From assembly GCA_032718475.1 (NCBI GenBank), contig JAUCBJ010008264.1:1-64000 (forward strand): a stretch of DNA of 64,000 bases. The letters run 5' to 3'. The notes beneath the pieces were generated by a model. It was not told the DNA's origin. It worked only from the letters and a program-made list of their open reading frames with translations, and did not search any database. Both the position numbers and the translations under genes were made by a program. Each line of letters begins with the position of its first letter. Position 1 is the first letter of the stretch. Positions 1 to 13,600 of the stretch are shown here, piece by piece. The stretch comes from Nemertoderma westbladi (lineage: Eukaryota; Animalia; Xenacoelomorpha).

Positions 1-109
1 TGTGGTAAAAAGACTCTATATTTAATAGTTTGTGGTTGTTGTCGATAATCGATTACCACATGACGTAGCAAAACACTCATTTTATAGCCAAAAACAATTA
101 CCAATTGAT

Positions 110-870
110 GGAAAGGAGCAGGTTAAGGCCGAGTTTTCTAACCAAAACAACAAACAGTCACTTTACCAAATCAGGGAAAGGAGCAGGTTACAGAGACGGG
201 ATGTTCTAACCAAAACAATAAACAATCACTTAACTAATTGGGGGAAAGGAGCAGGTTACAGAGGCGGGATTTTCTAACCAAAACAATAAACGATCATTTA
301 ACTAATTGAGGGAAAGGGACAGTTTACAGAGGCGGAATTTTCTAACCAAAACAATAAACGATCACTTAACTAATTGAGGGAAAGGAGCAGGTTACAGAGG
401 CGGGATTTTCTAACCAAAACAATAAACGGTCACTTTACCAATTCAGGGAAAGGAGCAGGTTACAGAGGCGGGATTTTCTAACCAAAACAATAAACGATCG
501 ATCATTTAAATAATTGAGGGAAAGGGGCAGGTTACAGAGGCGGGATTTTCTAACCAAAACAATAAACGATCATTTAACTAATTGAGGGAAAGGAGCAGGT
601 TACAGAGACGGGATTTTCTAACCAAAACAATAAACGATAACATTACCAATTGAGAGAAAGGAGCAGGTTACAGAGGCGGGATTTTCTAACCAAAACAATA
701 AACGATAACATTACCAATTGAGGGAAAGGAGCAGGTTACAGAGGCGGGATTTTCTAACCAAAACAATAAACGATCACTTAACTAATTGAGGGAAAGGAGC
801 AGGTTAAGGCCGGATTTTCTAATCAAAACAATAAACAGTCACTTTACCAAATCAGGGAAAGGAGCAGGTT
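110..870. repeat. Tandem minisatellite, ~68-bp unit, ~11 copies
   Basis: Unit GGAAAGGAGCAGGTTACAGAGGCGGGATTTTCTAACCAAAACAATAAACGATCACTTAACTAATTGAG; TCTAACC recurs at 273, 341, etc. Confidence 0.95.
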
Positions 871-3029
871 ATCCGTAACACTACTCAGACAGTAGTCATG
901 ATCCATTATTGATTATAAAACTAATACAGTAATAGGCCTAAATTATGTGAAAGGTATATCCACATTTTCCACAATCCTGCAATCCAGTTTGGCCTATCAA
1001 TTATTTAAAATTTATTAGCACAACCGGTAGGCCTACCATTACCGTATTTAAATGGTAGGCTACACAGTAGGCCTATAGCAGTACCGGTGCCGGTACCGGT
1101 ACTAAAATACAGAAATACCTGCTTTATACCTACATCTGTACATACAATACAGCAAAATAGTCCTATATATACTAATACCGGTACTGATAGCCTGAGAGAA
1201 CAGCAGTAGAGAAACCGGTAGCATGGAACCTAACATTAGACTTTTGGAGGACATAAAAAATAAAAAAAAAAAGACAAAAAAAGGATTTAAACGGACAATA
1301 AAAATTATTGCGTTTAAAAAGCACCTTAAGCAACCAATAATATGTACAGCACAAGGCTCTTATGAAAATAAGCGAAATGTTTCATGGAGTCTACCCAACA
1401 GTTGTTGGTACCCGGCTGGTTCAGTTTTCTGGGTTAGTTAGTTTAATCGACAGCTGTTGTAAACGTCCCAGATATACAAAACCTACGAAGCCTTTAAATT
1501 TCTATTGAGCTTCTTAACCTTAGTTAATAGTATGTTATAACAATGCGAAAATGACCATATTGAGACGCTATATAAATTATGTAGCTTACTGCTCGACATT
1601 ACACTAACTGACTGAATACAGGTAGAACAATAATTAATTATAATTAATGTACGTGACTCCAATTGACAATAATTAGTGAAATGATGTTCAGCTGTAAAAG
1701 TGTAGTTGTGGGTATTTAATTTCGCGTTCCATAATTTTGATAATATTTATAATAACGCACATCGAATCGTTCCCAACATTTTATTCAAGAACTTGTTAAC
1801 AAATGATAAATAAAAGCGTTTACAATTTTCACCTAAAGTACTGAATAATTATTTAGAAAAGCCATTGTTATGTTCATATTCTTGTAATTTACATTATAAC
1901 TTTTATGTTTTGAATTTTTGTGCCAGTGGCATCCTATAATATTTTGTAGTTTAAGGGACTACTTTAAACAAAACTTGTTAAACTTCACTACATACACATA
2001 CTTTAAGTTTCTGAATTTTACTGAACTCTCTACCCAAACGCAATTGGACAAACAACCACGATATCTAAAACATCAAAAGTTTTTAAATATTTTGTTGAGA
2101 TCAAAGTTTAGATAAGACTCCGCTCCTATAGAGACATTCCGGGTTAATGTGCCGGAGGGTGATAGGTGCATTACGAAGCGGAGTTGTAGATAAAGGTTTA
2201 GGGTTCCGTGTGATATGAACACTCAACGACACAGCGGGGTTCGAGATAATCGCAATGCAAACTCACCCATCACTGCAGGAGTAACTGCTTATCTTATTCC
2301 TGGTGTGAAAACCTTTTATGTTAGTTGCGTTCCAGTGGGCGATTATATCATACGATAAATCGCCAACAAATAATACGAATCGCCTTGTAATCCATACTTG
2401 CATTCACCGCCTTAGATTTTTGTACTGTACTAGTAGGGAATGGCATATTTATCGATTTTTTAAGTGTATTAAGAAGGAAAAATATATACAGTATAAAGCG
2501 ACATGATTTTTAGATATACGACCTATTTTATGACGATGAAAGTTTTTGTATCATCTACAATCCCTCATCGCTTGAAATAAGTTTCTTATATATTTAATTC
2601 CGTATAATAACAACAACACATTTTTAAAATGAATAATAAACATTGCGAAGTTGTGAGTTTCATGGCATAAAGTTAAATTATGAGCCGTGAATAGGGCCTA
2701 AGGTTTTCATAGATTATTATCAGGACGGAAATGGAGAAGAAATTTAAAGGAAATGGAAGAGAAGAGACCCCGAGATGGTTTCACCTTCTGCTAGGGAGTA
2801 TTATATATTGGCGATTTAATAATATGTTGTAGGAACTCACGTGAAGGGCTGTAGTCAGTCAGTTGCTCATGTTCAACAAATAATACTGTAATGAAAGAAG
2901 TACCGGTATGTATCAAAATCTATAATGATCTGGTTGTCAGTAGTACCGTAACAGATACTGATAACTTAACCATATCAGTGAATTATTTTATTGTCTCAAT
3001 GTTTTTATCGTTCTCTAGCAACCTCTATT

Positions 3030-3153
3030 TCGAAGCTCAGTATCTTTCGAAGGGACTAAGGTCCATGCTCCACTTGTTGAATATGTTAAGTCGTATCGAA
3101 CTGGTGACCTCCGGGTTGGAAGACTGACACTCTAACTATTTAGCTAGCGGCTC
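3030..3153 (-). mobile_element. Degenerate tRNA-derived SINE head (or tRNA pseudogene)
   Basis: Minus strand GAGCCGCTAGCTAAATAGTTAGAGTGTCAGTCTTCCAACCCGGAGGTCACCAGTTCGATACG has degenerate Pol III A-box (TAGCTAAATAG) and B-box (AGTTCGATAC) at tRNA-like spacing, but no intact acceptor stem. Confidence 0.55.
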
Positions 3154-3784
3154 ATATAAAAGGTAGACCTGGAAATACTATCTGATACTCTGTATGTCCG
3201 CAATTTACCTCCTCATGACAAATAAACCATATTCTAGAACATTTTGTTTATCTTATCCCATACGTAGCTTGGCAACAATGCAATAACTCTATAATCATAC
3301 CATTGTGTAGCTATTCATACATAAACAAAGTGTTCCGGAATAAAAGGGTACGTATTTATTAAATACAATAAAATAGCCTCGCGCCGGTGCAAAACCATAC
3401 AACTTTAGAACGCTCATATCTCAGGTATTTTACGACGAAGTTCCGATTGTGATACATATGTGGAATCCTTGCAAGACCAGCTTTCCAGTGGTACCAACAG
3501 CTATAAGATTGAAGAGTGACTGCGGTGTAATGGGCAATACGAAGACATCTTTTTCAAACGCTTGTAGCTAAAGAATGAAAGCAAAAATACAAATTCTGGC
3601 TCACCCAGCAAGGACGAGGGAGTTGAAACTACAGTATCTCTGTTTCAAATTTCATGCAATCTCATTAAGATTTGTAAAAAAATTTGGGCAGGTATCAGAA
3701 TAACGACACTATATTACAGTGCATGGTGTATAATAGTAGTAATAGTTGTTATGGCAATCATGTTCTCAAAGAAAGCAATTCAAG

Positions 3785-3918
3785 TGAAATACTGAGATAT
3801 TTTTACTTTTTACTACAGTAGTACTGAAATATCTAAGTATTTTAGTACTTTTTACTAAAGGCTGAAATATCTAAGTATTTTAGTACTTTTTACTAAAGGC
3901 TGAAATATCTAAGTATTA
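3785..3918. repeat. Short tandem repeat, 38-bp unit, ~3 copies
   Basis: CTGAAATATCTAAGTATTTTAGTACTTTTTACTAAAGG at 3824, 3862 and partial at 3900; degenerate copy at 3785. Confidence 0.85.
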
Positions 3919-4765
3919 TTTTCTTTATAACGTTTTATCTTCTAAATAATATTAATTATTATTACAATACGTACCATTCAATAATTTAATATGTTAGTGA
4001 TTAGTAACATATTACTATATTATGTGTTCGCTTATTGCAGTTGTATAATGTATATTGTTGTGCCTACAGCGTATACATCAATTACTTTATATTACCATCA
4101 TAGTATTTATATTCACCAGACCTTTTATTTAATTAATATAGCCGCCGGTGGCATAAACTCCGGATATTGAAATACATTTATTCTGAATATTCATCAGTAG
4201 CTGTTTCATCATGGTAACCACTGGATTCAAATCAGTTCCTCTCCCGCCAAAACCGGTATGTAAAATGAAAATCTGGAAAAAATTATACAACCATCGGCCC
4301 TCTTTATATTATAAAATTGTTAAATTGCCAGAATTGCACCTAAATTAGTAGTAGGCCTAAAGTTATGGTATGGCCTACACAGCCCCGCAAATCCCTACAG
4401 GGACAGCTGGACAATACAATGTGGGGATTTGGGGAGTTGGCTGCGGGTTTGCAACCCTCACAATTAGTTCGGCGCAAATCCCTTCCCGCTCAATTAATAT
4501 ATCGTATATTCGATATTAAGGGAAAGGAACACGTGTTACAGTGGCACTATCATTCTAAAACAGAACAACAAAACACAGAATAAGTCTCAATAGAATAGCT
4601 TACATTTTAATTTTTGGTAATATTCAAAAAACTATCAGCGGTTATGGATATGCTATAGGATTTCTTCAATGGTCTTCCTCCTTTAAAGGGGATTTTTAGC
4701 AAAGTGATACAATAATTATTTGAGTTATTCAATAATTGATTTCCGATGTTATGTACTGAGAATAT

Positions 4766-5602
4766 GGATAGGTGGAATTTGTGACAACACCTAAAAACGG
4801 TGACAACAGTCAGCCACAGTCAAAAAAATAGTTGACCATTTTCAAAAATGGCTACAATGTGAATAACAGTAGATCACAGTCCTAAAAGTAATTCTGCCAA
4901 GTTTCAGCTCCGCATATCGCCGCCAAGTCGTAGGAAAACAATCAAACGCCTGGTTACAACACACAAAATGTCCAGACAACACTCTAAATTATGAATTCAG
5001 TATTCTGCAATAGTACAACAATACTGCTTACCAGTTAGGCCTACATTATTGTATACTGTTACTGTATATGCGGATATGCAGTTTATGGATTTCTTTCAAC
5101 CCTTGTCCGTCCTTCTGACTGTTGGTCGATCTGTCGCCGAATGTTTGAAGGCTAATATACATTCCGGCATTCGATGATACAGTATTAATTATAGGCCAAG
5201 GTTGAAATAGTGATAGGCCTACCTACCCGTACCAGCAACAGCGGTACGCTAAGGTTGCAAACCAGCGAGTTACATTCAGTATAAAAATAAATGACAGGCA
5301 GACTGGTGTCTGGCCTGGCGTATTAAAGTATCAATCTACCTCTACCTGTTATTGCAGAATACTGAATGCATGATTTAGAGTGTTGTCCGGACATTTTGTG
5401 TGTTGTCACCAGACGTTTGACTGTTTTCCTACGACTCGCCGGCGATATGCGGAGCTGAAACTTGGCATAATTATTTGTAGGACTGCGATCTACTGCTATT
5501 CAACATTGTTGGTGGCCATTTTTGATAATGGTCAACCACTTTTTTTTACTGTGGCTGACTGTTGTCACCGTTTTTAGGTATAGTCACAAATTCCACCTAT
5601 CC
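4766..5602. mobile_element. Non-autonomous Mutator-like (MULE) element with long TIRs
   Basis: ~245-bp imperfect inverted repeats (4766-~5012 and ~5350-5602) starting GGATAGGTGGAATTTGTGAC; 9-bp flanks TGAGAATAT / TAAGAATAT (8/9 match) fit a MULE target-site duplication; no transposase. Confidence 0.85.
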
Positions 5603-6334
5603 TAAGAATATTTTTAAAGTCTACCATACCATGATGATGGGCTTAGCATCTTACGAAGTCATCAGAGCAACCGGAAGTGTTAAAGTTAGTAGATGGTAAG
5701 GCCAATAACAATCGAAGTGTGAAGCAAATATTGACGCCCGTTAATGGAGCCCCCTGTCACCTTTGTGCTACTCCACATGTAGTCAAGTACCCTGTTGTTC
5801 CACCGTTGTTGATGAAAAACGTTGGGCCCCTACTGGGCTAGACTGGCCAATAAGAATTGTTTAATTACTTTACAGTGGGGTGGCACACCATGGTTCGGTT
5901 GGTGACGAAACACAATGCCCTAGCCACACGCCACGATTAGACAATGAATTTCAAGCACCCAGCTAGCTAACTAACTAAGCATAAATAGCTAACCACCTAA
6001 AACTTCAATGTCAAACATTATAATTACTGGGCGATGTATTTAGTTAGAAATACAGCATGACAACGACAAGTGTTAAAATACATTGACATAGGCAAAATAC
6101 CACAATATCTGTGTCACTTGCTCTTTGTTTGATTCCCTTTAAGAGTCGCAAGGTCAGAACGAAAAATTAATAACGAAAATAAATGACTTACAATGGCTTG
6201 CCATTTGAGTTTCCCTCTTCTCACACCCTTCTGTGCTAATTTTTATGCAGTTTTAGTACATTTGCTGGGAAGTGTTCCAATGTTACTATTACTCATTGGT
6301 TGTGCCATGTAGATGTTATCGCCTAGGCTTATTA

Positions 6335-6638
6335 TAGGAAGGGATTTAGGGGTCTTAAGCTCGAATGATAAGTTTATTTTACCGAAAATAACTTATCTTT
6401 TATTGGCGCAATTGTAGGACTAATCCCTTCACATGCGTACTTTTAAACCACCTTTGAAATTAATACTCCATATCTCAAGAACCTGTGGCCTAGTGGTTGT
6501 TGTCTCGGCTTCACCTGCTACCTGGTTTAAAAGTACGCATGTGATGGGATTAGTCCTACAATTGCGCCAAAAAAAGATAAGTTATTTTCGGTAAAATAAA
6601 CTGATCATTCGATGTTAAGACCCCTAAATCCCTTCCTG
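6335..6638. mobile_element. Tc1/mariner-type MITE
   Basis: ~116-bp inverted repeats (6335-6450, 6523-6638), termini (T/C)AGGAAGGGATTTAGGGGTC...GACCCCTAAATCCCTTCCTG, flanked by TA on both sides. Confidence 0.85.
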
Positions 6639-6939
6639 TATATAATAAATGTATAATAACAAACACAGAAAATGGGACACGATATGGAAAAAAAAAATTT
6701 TTTAATAAACAATATGTGATGATTTATTGGGTAAAATTTCATAAATTTTTCGAATTTGACAAAATTTACATTGATTTGAGGGTATAAAATAGGAAATTTT
6801 GCGATTATATCGACCATCATCAAGAAAAAAACGTAAAACATGTAAAAAAAATACCAAAATTCAAGGCGAAATGTAGTTCTACGCCATAAACATAGAACGC
6901 TTCTCATACAATAAGCATTAAAAGCTACTTGTATCCAAT

Positions 6940-7806
6940 TGTAACGTCCGACACTTTATTTTACATTTTTCCTCAATTACTTTTCTATTGTTTGGAAAAC
7001 CATATCGAAATTAAAATGACTCAATGCCGACGTAGGATGGCGTCTCTTGTGCTATTTATATAAATTCAGGCTACCATAAAGGCTGTGATTTCAGTGATTG
7101 AAATTTAGTAACGTCCGACACTTGTAACGTCCGACACTATTATTATTTAATGTATTTAAAGTCTAAATTGCAGTGTATAGTGTAAAATGCATAAATAAAT
7201 AAAAATAGGTTTCAATTTTTTTGCGATTTTCGACTCAAAATTCACCCCTTAGTATTTTGATGATATATTTGGGAATTGTTTTTGAAATTTAAAATGGTTT
7301 TCAGATTCGGAATCTGCAGATGAAGGCAGTTCTAATGATATCTAGAGTACATTCCAAAGACGAAAAATAAAGCCGACAGAGTTGGCTAAATATTGCTCAT
7401 TTTTATGTAACATTCCGCACAACTTTGAATTGCAAATGTCGGCTTCAAAAGATCTGTAGTGCAATTTAGAAAACCTTTTCGAAAAATAGAATAGTTGAGC
7501 TACATGTTGAGCCCAAAAACAATAACATACCAGTCTTCGGCATTAATTGCAATCAAAAGTAAAATATCTACTGTACAATAAAAAGTGTCCTATTTTTGTA
7601 ACGTCCGACACCTTTTTAAAAGTCAACTGTTTAAGAAGAATAACGTTTCCCAATGCAGGGTATTTGCGATATTCTGAAAGATTTATACATTGTCTCAATT
7701 ATTCAACGCAATCTGATGTCAAAAATTCAAGTATTTTCGTAAATTTTAAGAAAAACATTCAAAAATCGAGAATGTCCGTAACGTCCGATACCGTGGAATT
7801 GCCTTA
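6940..7806. mobile_element. Probable truncated DNA-transposon end with subterminal repeats
   Basis: GTAACGTCCGA(C/T)AC recurs five times (~6941, 7108, 7124, 7598, 7778), the last running into CCGTGGAATTGCC|TTAA; the partner terminus was not found. Confidence 0.4.
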
Positions 7807-8119
7807 ATAGCGATTATCAATTATATGACGTACTGGGCGATGTCATTCTGGCTCTGGCCTACTGTACGATATACAAATAGCACGATTCATATATTTTGTT
7901 TCCCTGAGATATTGCAGTATGAATGGCAATTGTGAGATACAAATATTTATTGAACAACCCGGTTGATATCGGTCAAATAATGTAGGGTAAAACTCTCAAC
8001 TTTCGGGACCCTTCGAAACTTTCGGGGGGCCCGGCAGTTGCCACTACACCCCCCCCCCCCCCCCCCCCCCCAAAGAAAAAAAATAATAATAATCCCTCAT
8101 AGGGTGTGGATTATTGCGG

Positions 8120-8588
8120 TGAAGTGGCTTCTTATAAAGAGGCCAGTTTTTTTTACAATATTTTAATATTTTGATATGGGGAGAGTTCTATAAATTTTAA
8201 TTTGCCTCAATTTGGTCAATGGACGTATTTGAAGTCTCCTCGTTAAGGTCCTTTCCGCGCTGATTTTTTTTGAGCTTTATTTCAAGCTTTTTTTAGTTAA
8301 AACAATTTCTATAAATTCATTTCTTCAAGGTGAATCTGAGAAATTTAGAATGTTAAAACCTAAATCATAGAATAAAGCTAAAAAACAGCTCAAAAAAAGC
8401 TGGAAAAACAGCTCATCCTTATTACTCGTATTATTCGTAGCCAATTCTTATTACTATTTGTATAGAAAATGTTCCAGAACATGTTAGCTATTAAATTAAA
8501 AATATTATGTTGTAGAATAAATATTTTTGTTCTAGAACAATTTTTAACATTTTTTTTTAAACTGGCTTCTTTTTAAGAGGCCACTTCA
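8120..8588. mobile_element. Old MITE with ~30-bp terminal inverted repeats
   Basis: TGAAGTGGCTTCTTATAAAGAGGCCAGTTT at 8120 versus AAACTGGCTTCTTTTTAAGAGGCCACTTCA ending at 8588; target-site duplication not recognisable. Confidence 0.65.
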
Positions 8589-8744
8589 AGTGACCTGTTA
8601 GGCCGTATAAATATAGTAGTCCATGATATTACCCTTTAATGAAGTTGTTGAACATGAACAACATGAACCCTACAAAAACAACACGAATTTACATAACAAA
8701 TAACATTTAAATAACATAACTGCGAAATCATACAAAAACAACGT

Positions 8745-8750
8745 TTTATT
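8745..8750 (-). terminator. Candidate polyadenylation signal of the zinc-finger gene
   Basis: AATAAA on the minus strand ~35 nt after the TAG stop at 8785; AT-rich context makes a chance match possible. Confidence 0.4.
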
Positions 8751-8784
8751 TAGAGTTGTTTGATAATTAAAATAACTTCTCTAA

Positions 8785-10633
8785 CTAACTGGAAGTCCCT
8801 GGCTCGCAGCCAAACAAATTATTATAAAGATCGGAATTGTATTTTAATTCCCCGTGAACCGAATATCGATGTAGATTCAATAGACATTCCGAAACACAAT
8901 CTTTATTGCAGAGTTTACAAACGAACTCAGAAACCAATTTAGTTTTAAGATGACATGACTTATCGCAAGCCAGCTTATGGGTATCGAAGTCAGAATTGCT
9001 GGCGAAGCATTTTGAGCAGTTCTCGCATTTAATGACCTCTTCAATGCTTTCTTGCGATAGACTCCCCTGCTGATCACCACAAAGGTTAAGATCGTGTGCC
9101 GAGTTATTGTGCTCCTGCAGGAGAGTCGAGGACATAAACAACTCCCAACATGTCTCGCATTTGTAAAAGAGTTTGTGGCGTTTCTCCACGTGAGTGTTCA
9201 ATTCGGATTCATTCGAATACACGCTGGAGCAGAAATCGCAGGGAAGCGCTCTCACTGGATTCGAGTTCCGTGGGGAACAACGTTTGGTTGTCTTTCTACC
9301 TCGATGTTCATTTAGACCATTGCTGATGCGCTTATTGGATTGAGGTTTGGGTATATTTCTCTCAGTGCCGCTGTGGTAGTAACTTATATGACCTCGAATT
9401 GATTTGAGCGAATGAAATATTCTATCACTGTTCTCACAGAACTGGCATTTGTACGTGGTCGGTGGGAGAATGTTTCGTACGGATTTAATCATCTCATCGC
9501 GAATCGAAGTGAAGCAGTCGGTGCAGCAATGGATGTTTCGGTACTGTTTCGGTCGCAGATCCCAGGACGGGACCGAGGTAACGGGCTTGTGGCAGATGAC
9601 GCACGGCAGTCTGATGGCGGATTTGGTCTGCAGTTTAGAAGATGGTTTCTTATTGCGTAAAGTTTTACGTATTGGAGAATTTTGGGAGGAATCTCGTTTT
9701 ACAATTTCTGGCTTGGCCGATCCCGTTCTAGATGGTAATCCTAAAGTTGTCACTTTGGATATTGCAGTATCCAATCCTTGACTTGTCGTTACACATGGTT
9801 CCGCAATATCTGATTCTCGACTTGTTATACTTGGTTCCGCAATATCTGATACTCGACTTGTTACACTCGGTGTGACACCTTGTAAACTCTTTGTAAACAA
9901 GATATTATACTCTTGATTCGACAATGTTGGTTCCACACTATCATCTCTTGCACTTGTCACAATAATTGGTGACACAGTATCCGTCTCTTGACTTGTCACA
10001 ATTTGAGACATAGAATCCAATCCTCGACTTGTTGATTGAAAAATATCAAATTCTTGACTTTTTACAGTTGGCGTCACAGATTCTAATTCTAGACTTGCCA
10101 CAATTGGTGTCACAGTATTTGATTCTTGACTTGCCACAATTGGTGTCACAGTATCTGATTCTTGAATTGCCACAATTGGTGTCACAGTATCTGATTCTTG
10201 ACTTGCCACAATTGGTGTCACAGTATCTGATTCTTGACTTCCCACAATTGGTGTCACAGTATCTGATTCTTGACTTCCCACAATTGGTGTCACAGTTTCT
10301 AATTCTTGACTTGCCACAATTGGTGTCACAGATTCTATTTCTAGACTTGCCACAATTGGTGTCACAGTATTTGATTCTTGACTTGGCACAATTAGTGTCA
10401 CAGAATCTGATTCTTGACTTGCCACAATTGGTGTCACAGTTTCTGATTCTTGACTTGCCACAATTGGTGTCACAGATTCTATTTCTAGACTTGCCACAAT
10501 TGGTGTCACAGTTTCTAATTTTATAACACCTGGCGATAAAGTGTCTCGTCGAATCGAATTTATATAAGGGAGGCAACTTTCCAATCTGCAAATCGAAAAA
10601 CAACATTTTAAACCCACAGCAAGGAATAAGAAC
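8785..10633 (-). CDS. Multi-C2H2 zinc-finger gene, terminal exon (12-aa repeat region, one Cys-rich finger, ~5 C2H2/C2HC fingers)
   Basis: 610-aa ORF with fingers such as CDFC..HVEKRH, CETC..HNNSAH, CKLC..HRYSVH. The ORF start is a GTG; the frame extends to acceptor TTATTTCAG|G at 10634/10633 (phase 2); stop TAG at 8787-8785. Confidence 0.9.
10051..10518 (-). repeat. Coding minisatellite, 36 bp x 13, encoding (SDTVTPIVASQE)n
   Basis: 13 in-frame 12-aa units in the 610-aa ORF, followed by degenerate units down to ~9750. Confidence 0.95.
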
Positions 10634-13600
10634 CTGAAATAATTACATAAAAGGACAGTTGTTTATATATACGATTTGGATTTGGGTTTGGATTGAGATT
10701 CGGTTTTTGAAATCGGATTTGTAGCGGTGGTTAACTGGGATTTCAATAATTATTTATAATATCTTAGGTAATAATGATTTAATTACGGAATTTATTTTTC
10801 AAATAAAATATTAACAATCCGAAAAAATTAAAATAATGTTATGTGTCACTTTGGGTCACAGTAAAAATGATATGTATATGTTTTGGTTCTTATGCTAATT
10901 AATTGCTAAAACATTTGTTTGTTGTATACCCTTACATTATACCACTACCTACCCTTACATTATACCACTACCTACCCTTACATTATACCACTACCTACCC
11001 TTACATTATACCACTACCTACCCTTACATTATACCACTACCTACCCTTACATTATACCACTCTACCCTTACATTATACCACTACCTACACTTACATTATA
11101 CCACTACATACCCTTACATTATACCACTACCTACCCTTACATTATACCACTACCTACCCTTACATTATACGACTCTACCCTTACATTATACCACTACCTA
11201 CCCTTACATTATACCACTACCTACCCTTACATTATACCACTCTACCCTTACATTATAACACTACCTACCCTTACATTATACCACTACCTACCCTTACATT
11301 ATACCACCACCTACCCTTACATTATACCACTACCTACCCTTACATTATACCACCACCTACCCTTACATTATACCACTACCTACCCTTACATTATACCACT
11401 ACCTACCCTTACATTATACAACTACCTACCCTTACATTATACCACTCTACCCTTACATTATACCACTACCTACCCTTACATTATACCACTACCTACCCTT
11501 ACATTATACCACCACCTACCCTTACATTATACCACTACCTACCCTTACATTATACCACTACCTACCCTTACATTATACCACTCTACCCTTACATTATAAC
11601 ACTACCTACCCTTACATTATACCACTACCTACCCTTACATTATACCACCACCTACCCTTACATTATACCACTACCTACCCTTACATTATACCACCACCTA
11701 CACTTACATTATACCACTACCTACCCTTACATTATACCACTCTACCCTTACATTATACCACCACCTACACTTACATTATACCACTACCTACCCTTACATT
11801 ATACCACTCTACCCTTACATTATAACACTACCTACCCTTACATTATACCACTACCTACCCTTACATTATACCACCACCTACCCTTACATTATACCACTAC
11901 CTACCCTTACATTATACCACTACCTACCCTTACATTATACCACCACCTACCCTTACATTATACCACTACCTACCCTTAAATTATAACACTACCTACCCTT
12001 ACATTATACCACTACCTACCCTTACATTATACCACCACCTACACTTACATTATACCACTACCTACCCTTACATTATACCACTCTACCCTTACATTATACC
12101 ACTACATACCCTTACATTATACCACTAACTACCCTTACATTATACCACTACCTACCCTTACATTATACCACTCTACCCTTACATTATACGACTACCTACT
12201 GTACCTCTCACATTATACCACCACCTACCCTTACATTATACCACTACCTACCCTTACATTATACCACTACCTACCCTTACATTATACCACTCTACCCTTA
12301 CATTATACCACTACATACACTTACATTATACCACTACCTACCCTTACATTATACCACTCTACCCTTACATTATACCACTACCTACCCTTACATTATACCA
12401 CTACCTACCCTTACATTATACCACCACCTACCCTTACATTATACCACTACCTACCCTTACATTATACCACTACCTACCCTTACATTATACCACTCTACCC
12501 TTACATTATAACACTACCTACCCTTACATTATACCACTACCTACCCTTACATTATACCACCACCTACCCTTACATTATACCACTACCTACCCTTACATTA
12601 TACCACCACCTACACTTACATTATACCACTACCTACCCTTACATTATACCACTCTACCCTTACATTATAACACTACCTACCCTTACATTATACCACTACC
12701 TACCCTTACATTATACCACCACCTACCCTTACATTATACCACTACCTACCCTTACATTATACCACTACCTACCCTTACATTATACCACCACCTACCCTTA
12801 CATTATACCACTACCTACCCTTACATTATAACACTACCTACCCTTACATTATACCACTACCTACCCTTACATTATACCACCACCTACACTTACATTATAC
12901 CACTACCTACCCTTACATTATACCACTCTACCCTTACATTATACCACTACATACCCTTACATTATACCACTAACTACCCTTACATTATACCACTACCTAC
13001 CCTTACATTATACCACTCCTACCCTTACATTATACGACTACCTACTGTACCTCTCACATTATACCACCACCTACCCTTACATTATACCACTACCTACCCT
13101 TACATTATACCACTACCTACCCTTACATTATACCACTCTACCCTTACATTATACCACTACATACACTTACATTATACCACTACCTACCCTTACATTATAC
13201 CACCACCTACCCTTACATTATACCACTACCTACCCGTTACATTATACCACTACCTACCCTTACATTATACCACTACCTACCCTTACATTATACAACTACC
13301 TACCCTTACATTATACCACTCTACCCTTACATTATACCACTACCTACCCTTACATTATACCACTACCTACCCTTACATTATACCACCACCTACCCTTACA
13401 TTATACCACTACCTACCCTTACATTATACCACTACCTACCCTTACATTATACCACTCTACCCTTACATTATACCACTACCTACCCTTACATTATACCACT
13501 ACCTACCCTTACATTATACCACCACCTACCCTTACATTATACCACTACCTACCCTTACATTATACCACCACCTACACTTACATTATACCACTACCTACCC

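Noticed and set aside
930-1225. Cluster of TAGGCCTA / TACCGGTA palindromes
   Set aside because: These motifs are scattered through the non-coding DNA of the window with no defined structure
32-7807. Short 60-100 aa ORFs in the left flank
   Set aside because: No recognisable domains; several overlap repeats or MITEs; expected by chance
10029-10606. Overlapping ORFs (CDTNCGKSRIRY)n and (LILDLPQLVSQY)n
   Set aside because: Alternative frames of the 36-bp coding repeat; only the zinc-finger frame continues beyond it and matches the splice phase
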